Below the pieces are notes generated by a model. It saw nothing but the letters and a program-made list of their open reading frames with translations. It ran no database searches and was not told the DNA's origin. Shown piece after piece: positions 27,813 through 32,411 of a stretch of DNA of 32,411 nucleotides. Numbering within the stretch: the first letter of the stretch is position 1; each line of letters opens with the position of its first letter. The translations under genes were made by a program, and so were the position numbers. The DNA lies in assembly GCA_003222235.1 (NCBI GenBank), contig QHVD01000023.1, positions 1 to 32,411 of the forward strand, written 5' to 3'. The DNA is from Gemmatimonadota bacterium (GTDB lineage: Bacteria > Gemmatimonadota > Gemmatimonadetes > Gemmatimonadales > GWC2-71-9).

Positions 27813-28742
27813 TCAGACCTCGAGCAGCGACGGATCGACGTTGCCCCCGCTCACGACGAGCACTGCGGGCGGGATGGGCTTCAGGATGCCGGCCCGCAAC
27901 GCCGCGGTCGTCGCGGCCCCGGAGGGCTCGACGGCCAGGCGGCACTGGCGCCATAGAAAATGCATCGCTTCCCGCAGCGTGTCATCGTCCACCAGCCCGA
28001 CCCCGCAGAGCCGCGCGCGCTGCTCTGTCAGGTGCGCGAAGGGAATCTCTCCCACGGTGAGCGTGATGAGGCCGTCGGCGAGGCTGGCCGTGCGGTCGAG
28101 CCGCACCGGCCTCCCGGCCTCGAGCGAGCGCTGGAGCTTGGGCGCGCCGCTGGGCTCGACCCCCCACACCCGCGCCCCGCTCCCCGCCGCGGCGAGCCCG
28201 ACGACCACGCCCGAGATCAACCCGCCGCCGCCCACCGGGACCACGACCGTCTCGACGCCCGGGAGCTGCTCGGCGATCTCGAGGCCCACGGTGGCCTGTC
28301 CCGCGACGATGTCGGGGTGATCGAACGGCGGGACGACGGCCAACGCTTCCCGCAGCGCGATCTCCTCGGCCTTCACGCGGCGATCCTCCGAAGTGCGGCC
28401 CGCGAACACGACTTCCCCGCCCCACTTCCTCACGCCCGCAACCTTCACCGCAGGCGCCGTCTCGGGCATCACCACCACCGCCCGGATCCCGACGTACTGA
28501 GCCGCGTAGGCCACGGCCTGCCCGTGGTTGCCGCTCGAGTAGGTGATCACCCCGCGCCGGCGCGCGGGCTCGGAGAGTTTCCGGATCGCGTTGTAGGCCC
28601 CGCGGACCTTGAACGCACCGGTCGGCTGGAGGCTCTCGAGCTTCAGGTACGCGCCCAGGGGCTCCACGTAGCGCAGCGGAGTCCGGACCGCCACGCCGCG
28701 GAGGCCCGCGGCCGCTTCGCGCACGCTCTCGGCCGTGACCAC
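27813..28742 (-). CDS. Threonine/serine ammonia-lyase (PLP fold II, no ACT domain)
   Basis: LKLESLQPTGAFKVRGA, SSGNHGQ, PVGGGGL, EPSGA, SGGN. Confidence 0.9.
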   Translation of the reverse strand: MVTAESVREAAAGLRGVAVRTPLRYVEPLGAYLKLESLQPTGAFKVRGAYNAIRKLSEPARRRGVITYSSGNHGQAVAYAAQYVGIRAVVVMPETAPAVKVAGVRKWGGEVVFAGRTSEDRRVKAEEIALREALAVVPPFDHPDIVAGQATVGLEIAEQLPGVETVVVPVGGGGLISGVVVGLAAAGSGARVWGVEPSGAPKLQRSLEAGRPVRLDRTASLADGLITLTVGEIPFAHLTEQRARLCGVGLVDDDTLREAMHFLWRQCRLAVEPSGAATTAALRAGILKPIPPAVLVVSGGNVDPSLLEV

Positions 28743-28744
28743 CG

Positions 28745-31282
28745 CTACTTCTTTGCCCGGGGCCGGCCCTTCGGCTTCGCCGTGCTCTTGGCGCCACCCG
28801 CCGGTGCGTCGTCCTCGTCTTCCCCGCCCTCGCCGCCGTTCTCTCCCACGTCTTCCTTGACCACCCGCGCGACGCCCACCACCAGGTCGCCCGGCGTGAG
28901 GTTCATGATCTTCACCCCCTGGGTGTTGCGGCCGGAGATGCGGATACCCTCGACCGGCACCCGGATCATGATGCCCTTCTTCGTGATCATCATGAGCTCG
29001 TCGTCGGGGAGAACCTCCTTCAGCGCGATGGCGTCTCCCGTCTTGTCGGTGCGCTTGAGCGTGATGATGCCGCGCCCGCCGCGGTGCTGGACCCGATACT
29101 CGTCGAGCTCCGAGCGCTTGCCCATGCCCGTCTCGGTCAGGGTGAGGAGGGTGGAAGCGCGGCGCACCACCACCATGCCCATTACCTGGTCGCCCTTGTC
29201 CAGCTCGATTCCCTTCACGCCCGTCGCGGTCCTGCCCATGTCCCGCACGTCCTTCTCGTGGAACCGGATGCTCATCCCGTGCCGGGTGGCGAGGACGATG
29301 TCGTTCGAGCCGTCCGTGACCTGCACGTCGATCAGCTCGTCGCCCTTCTCGATGTTGATCGCGCGGATGCCCGCGGAACGCGGGTTGCCGAACTCGGAGA
29401 GCGCGGTCTTCTTCACCACGCCGTGCTTGGTCGCGAAAAACAGGAACTGGTCCTCGGAGAACTCGCGCACCGGGACCAGCGCCGCCACGTGCTCGTCCGG
29501 CTTGATCGCGATGCACCCGATCACGGGCTTGCCGCGCGCCGCCCGCGCCGCCTGCGGGATCTCGTGCACCTTGAGCCAGTAGCACTGGCCGTTCTGGGTG
29601 AAAAACATCATGTAGTCGTGCGTCGAGGCGATGAAGAGGTGCTCGACCCAGTCGTCTTCCTTGGTCTGGGCGGAGATGACGCCCTTGCCGCCGCGGCGCT
29701 GGCGGCGGTAGGCCGAGACGGGGAGGCGCTTGATGTAGCCCGCGTGGGACACGGTGATCACCATGTCCTCTTCGGCAATCAGGTCCTCGATGGAAAACTC
29801 GCCCTGGTCGGCGACGATCTCGGTGCGGCGCTGGTCGCCGAACCCCTCGGCGAGCTCGCTGAGCTCCTCCTTCAGGATCTTCAGGCGCCGCGGCTTCGAG
29901 CCGAGGATCTCCTTGCACTCCTTGATGAACTTGCGGACCTCCTTCAGCTCGTCCTCGAGCTTGGAGATCTCGAGCGCGGTGAGCCGCGCGAGCCGCATGT
30001 TGAGGATCTCCGCCGACTGCTTCTCGGACAGCTCGAAGCGCTTGCGCAGGGCCGCGTCCGCCGTGGGCGTGTCCTTGGACTTGCGGATGACCTTGATCAC
30101 TTCGTCGATGTGGTCGACCGCGATCTTCAGGCCCTCGAGGATGTGCTCGCGGTCCTGGGCGCGCTTCAGCTCGAACTCGGTCCGGCGGGTGATGACGGTG
30201 TGCCGGTGCTCGATGAAGTGCTGCAGCAGCTCCTTCAGGTCCATCTCCTTCGGCACGCCGTCCACGAGCGCCAGCATGATCGCGCCGAAGGTGGTCTGCA
30301 TCTGGGTGTGCTTGTAGAGCTGGTTCAGGACCACGGCGGGCACCGCGTCGCGCTTCAGCTCGATGACGATGCGCATCCCCTCGCGGTCCGACTCGTCGCG
30401 CAGGTCGGAGATCCCCTCGAGCTTCTTGGCGTTGGCGAGCGCGGCGATTTGCGCGACCAGGTTGCTCTTGTTGACCTGATACGGGATCTCGGTCACGACG
30501 ATCTGGTGCTTCCCCGTGGACTCCCGCTCTTCGACCACCGCGCGCCCGCGGATCACGATCCGCCCCCGGCCCTTGTCGTAGCACTCCCGGATGCCGTCGC
30601 GGCCGTAGATGATCCCGCCGGTGGGGAAGTCGGGCCCGCGCACGAACTTCCGGAGGTCCTTCACGGCTGCGTCGGCGTGGTCCACCAGGTGGTTGATCGC
30701 CTGGACCACCTCGCTCAGGTTGTGGGGCGGGATGTTGGTGGCCATTCCCACCGCGATGCCGGCGGCGCCGTTCACCATGAGGTTCGGAAGCTTCGACGGG
30801 AGCACCGTCGGCTCCTGGAGCCGCTCGTCGAAGTTGGCGACGAAGTCCACGGTGTTCTTCTCGATGTCCTCCAGCATCGTCATCGCGACGCGCGTGAGCC
30901 GCGCCTCGGTGTAGCGGTAAGCCGCCGCGGGGTCCCCGTCCACCGACCCGAAGTTCCCCTGCCCGTCCACGAGCGGATAGCGCAGCGAGAAGTCCTGCAC
31001 CATCCGCACCAGCGCGTCGTAGACCGCGATGTCGCCGTGCGGGTGGTATTTGCCCAGCACATCGCCCACGACGGTGGCGCTCTTCTTGTAGGGGCGGCCC
31101 GGCACGAGACCGAGCTCGTGCATCGCGTACAGGATGCGGCGGTGGACGGGTTTGAGACCGTCGCGCGCGTCGGGCAGCGCGCGCTGCACGATGACGCTCA
31201 TCGAGTAGTCGAGGAACGACTCCTTCAGCTCGTCCTCGATGAGACGCGGGAGAATGCGCTCGCGGGCGTTGGGTGCGGTCAT
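28745..31282 (-). CDS. gyrA: DNA gyrase subunit A
   Basis: [24 protein letters not shown] (catalytic Tyr), GyrA-box QRRGGKG, pinwheel repeats, acidic tail. Confidence 0.98.
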   Translation of the reverse strand: MTAPNARERILPRLIEDELKESFLDYSMSVIVQRALPDARDGLKPVHRRILYAMHELGLVPGRPYKKSATVVGDVLGKYHPHGDIAVYDALVRMVQDFSLRYPLVDGQGNFGSVDGDPAAAYRYTEARLTRVAMTMLEDIEKNTVDFVANFDERLQEPTVLPSKLPNLMVNGAAGIAVGMATNIPPHNLSEVVQAINHLVDHADAAVKDLRKFVRGPDFPTGGIIYGRDGIRECYDKGRGRIVIRGRAVVEERESTGKHQIVVTEIPYQVNKSNLVAQIAALANAKKLEGISDLRDESDREGMRIVIELKRDAVPAVVLNQLYKHTQMQTTFGAIMLALVDGVPKEMDLKELLQHFIEHRHTVITRRTEFELKRAQDREHILEGLKIAVDHIDEVIKVIRKSKDTPTADAALRKRFELSEKQSAEILNMRLARLTALEISKLEDELKEVRKFIKECKEILGSKPRRLKILKEELSELAEGFGDQRRTEIVADQGEFSIEDLIAEEDMVITVSHAGYIKRLPVSAYRRQRRGGKGVISAQTKEDDWVEHLFIASTHDYMMFFTQNGQCYWLKVHEIPQAARAARGKPVIGCIAIKPDEHVAALVPVREFSEDQFLFFATKHGVVKKTALSEFGNPRSAGIRAINIEKGDELIDVQVTDGSNDIVLATRHGMSIRFHEKDVRDMGRTATGVKGIELDKGDQVMGMVVVRRASTLLTLTETGMGKRSELDEYRVQHRGGRGIITLKRTDKTGDAIALKEVLPDDELMMITKKGIMIRVPVEGIRISGRNTQGVKIMNLTPGDLVVGVARVVKEDVGENGGEGGEDEDDAPAGGAKSTAKPKGRPRAKK

Positions 31283-31289
31283 GGCAGAC

Positions 31290-31324
31290 GGGTGTCGGGT
31301 GTCAGGGGCCGGGTGTCTGGTGAC
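31290..31324. repeat. GGGTGTC heptamer array in the gyrA leader
   Basis: GGGTGTC GGGTGTC AGGGGCC GGGTGTC TGGTGAC. Confidence 0.7.
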
Positions 31325-31365
31325 CTAAGTTGCGGCAACTTAATCACTTAGGCGATGAAATTCAA
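31324..31365 (-). promoter_or_regulatory. Putative gyrA promoter with overlapping palindromes
   Basis: TTGAAT-N17-TAAGTT; perfect TAAGTTGC-G-GCAACTTA at 31326-31342. Confidence 0.6.
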
Positions 31366-31427
31366 CCCGGCGTCCCTGCCGGACTGCTTGCGGGACGAAG
31401 GGTCAAGGCGGGCAGGCGCGCACCCGG

Positions 31428-32411
31428 CTACGGCATGAACGCCGGTGAGGTCATCTGCTCGGAGCCGGTGGCGGCGAGCGGCATGGGCGTCCCCGCGGCG
31501 GCGCCCGCCGGCTGCAGGAATACCCTGGAGAGGTTCTTCTCGCCCCCCACCAAAGCGAGGAGATCACCGGCCCGGGAGACGGCGAACTGGGAGATCAAGA
31601 CATTGGACCCGCTGAGGGGCGTCACCTGCGCGGTAGCGAGGTCGGCCTTGACGACCTGCGTCACCGTGCGGCCGCCCTGCTTGTGCTCGACGAGGTACGC
31701 GAGCGACCCGTCACGCAAGAATTGCGGAGAGCTCTCCCGAACCTGCGGCGTCTTGGTGAAGGCCCGCTGATTCGAGCCGTCCTTCGACATCAGCCAGATG
31801 TCTTGATTTCCCTCGCGCGTCGAAACGAACGCGATGGTCTCGCCGTCGGGCGACACGGCGGGTTGCCAGTTCTCCGTGGGCTCCTGAGTGAGCTGAACCG
31901 CGTCGGAGCCTGTGATCGACTGCACGAAGATCTGGCGATGGGAGCTGCGTTTCGACGTGAACACCACGCCTTGACCGTCCCCCGTGAATGTGGGATCGGC
32001 GTCCGCGGCCCGCGCGTTGGTGAGGCGCGCGGCGTTCGAGCCGTCCGCATCCATCACGTAGATCTCGGGCTGGCCGTCGCGCGTGGAGACGAACGCGATG
32101 CGCGACCCGTCCGGTGAGAACGCCGCCTGGGTCGCCGCGGCCGGATCATCCATGATCTTGCGCAGCTGGGACACGCTGGAGCGTTCCGTGGCGTAGAGTT
32201 GAAACCGGCCGGACCGCGAGCTCGCGACGACGATCTCCCCCTGCACGAACACCTCTGTCGTCGCCCGCCGACTCTCGGGCGCGGTGGCCACAATGCGAGC
32301 GTGGCCGTAGTCGAGGGACGTGACCATTCCATCCTGACCTACCGCCGCGACCGACGGGTTGTCGGAGGACCAGGCCACGCCGGTCGCCGGGCCGATCACC
32401 GCCCCGGCCTC
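31428..32411 (-). CDS. Ig-like (Big_2) plus PD40/TolB-like beta-propeller protein; 5' end outside the window
   Basis: WSSDNPSVAAV (Big_2), and repeated FSPDGSRIAFVSTRDG / VSPDGETIAFVSTREG. Confidence 0.85.
   Translation of the reverse strand, partial: EAGAVIGPATGVAWSSDNPSVAAVGQDGMVTSLDYGHARIVATAPESRRATTEVFVQGEIVVASSRSGRFQLYATERSSVSQLRKIMDDPAAATQAAFSPDGSRIAFVSTRDGQPEIYVMDADGSNAARLTNARAADADPTFTGDGQGVVFTSKRSSHRQIFVQSITGSDAVQLTQEPTENWQPAVSPDGETIAFVSTREGNQDIWLMSKDGSNQRAFTKTPQVRESSPQFLRDGSLAYLVEHKQGGRTVTQVVKADLATAQVTPLSGSNVLISQFAVSRAGDLLALVGGEKNLSRVFLQPAGAAAGTPMPLAATGSEQMTSPAFMP

Noticed and set aside
28745-31282. parC assignment or intein in gyrA
   Set aside because: The GyrA-box is present, the length is normal and the sequence around the catalytic Tyr is uninterrupted.
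474-31351. Long antisense and alternate-frame ORFs (e.g. 631-2871, 4698-6377, 26367-27956, 29084-31351, upstream part of 27813-30584)
   Set aside because: Shadow ORFs expected at high GC. They are Arg/Pro/Gly-rich, lack motifs and overlap well-supported genes.
31366-31427. ncRNA, riboswitch or tRNA in intergenic gaps
   Set aside because: All gaps in the window are short, and none shows a cloverleaf or recognisable riboswitch consensus.

Overview
High-GC bacterial chromosomal window, probably Gemmatimonadota (inferred from gene repertoire and repeat style), made up mostly of core genes. In order: leuS (runs off the left edge), a stand-alone chemoreceptor, pncA-class V aminotransferase-serA, an ARG-box-controlled argC-argB-argD-argA operon, and a membrane protein/GT2/anti-sigma/hypothetical/pncB-like run. 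Next come a 108-bp MITE, a Tat-exported glycosylasparaginase, an Omp85-like barrel, TetR, a metallophosphoesterase and an S41-fold protein. A long minus-strand run follows: gyrA, Thr dehydratase, REC-GAF-GGDEF, Ser/Thr kinase, orphan E1-alpha, M1 peptidase, PQQ dehydrogenase and dienelactone hydrolase. A partial Ig/PD40 protein sits at the right edge. No rRNA, tRNA, CRISPR array or transposase was seen. The most unusual signal is a dense set of short tandem repeats (7, 8, 9 and 10 bp units), mostly arranged as inverted arrays. They sit in frame inside proteins (including LeuRS), supply stop codons and signal-peptide flanks, and replace Shine-Dalgarno sequences. Five genes carry lesions (one in-frame TGA, four frameshifts or deletions), which most simply points to assembly or consensus errors. 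All calls come from reading motifs by eye; no searches were run.
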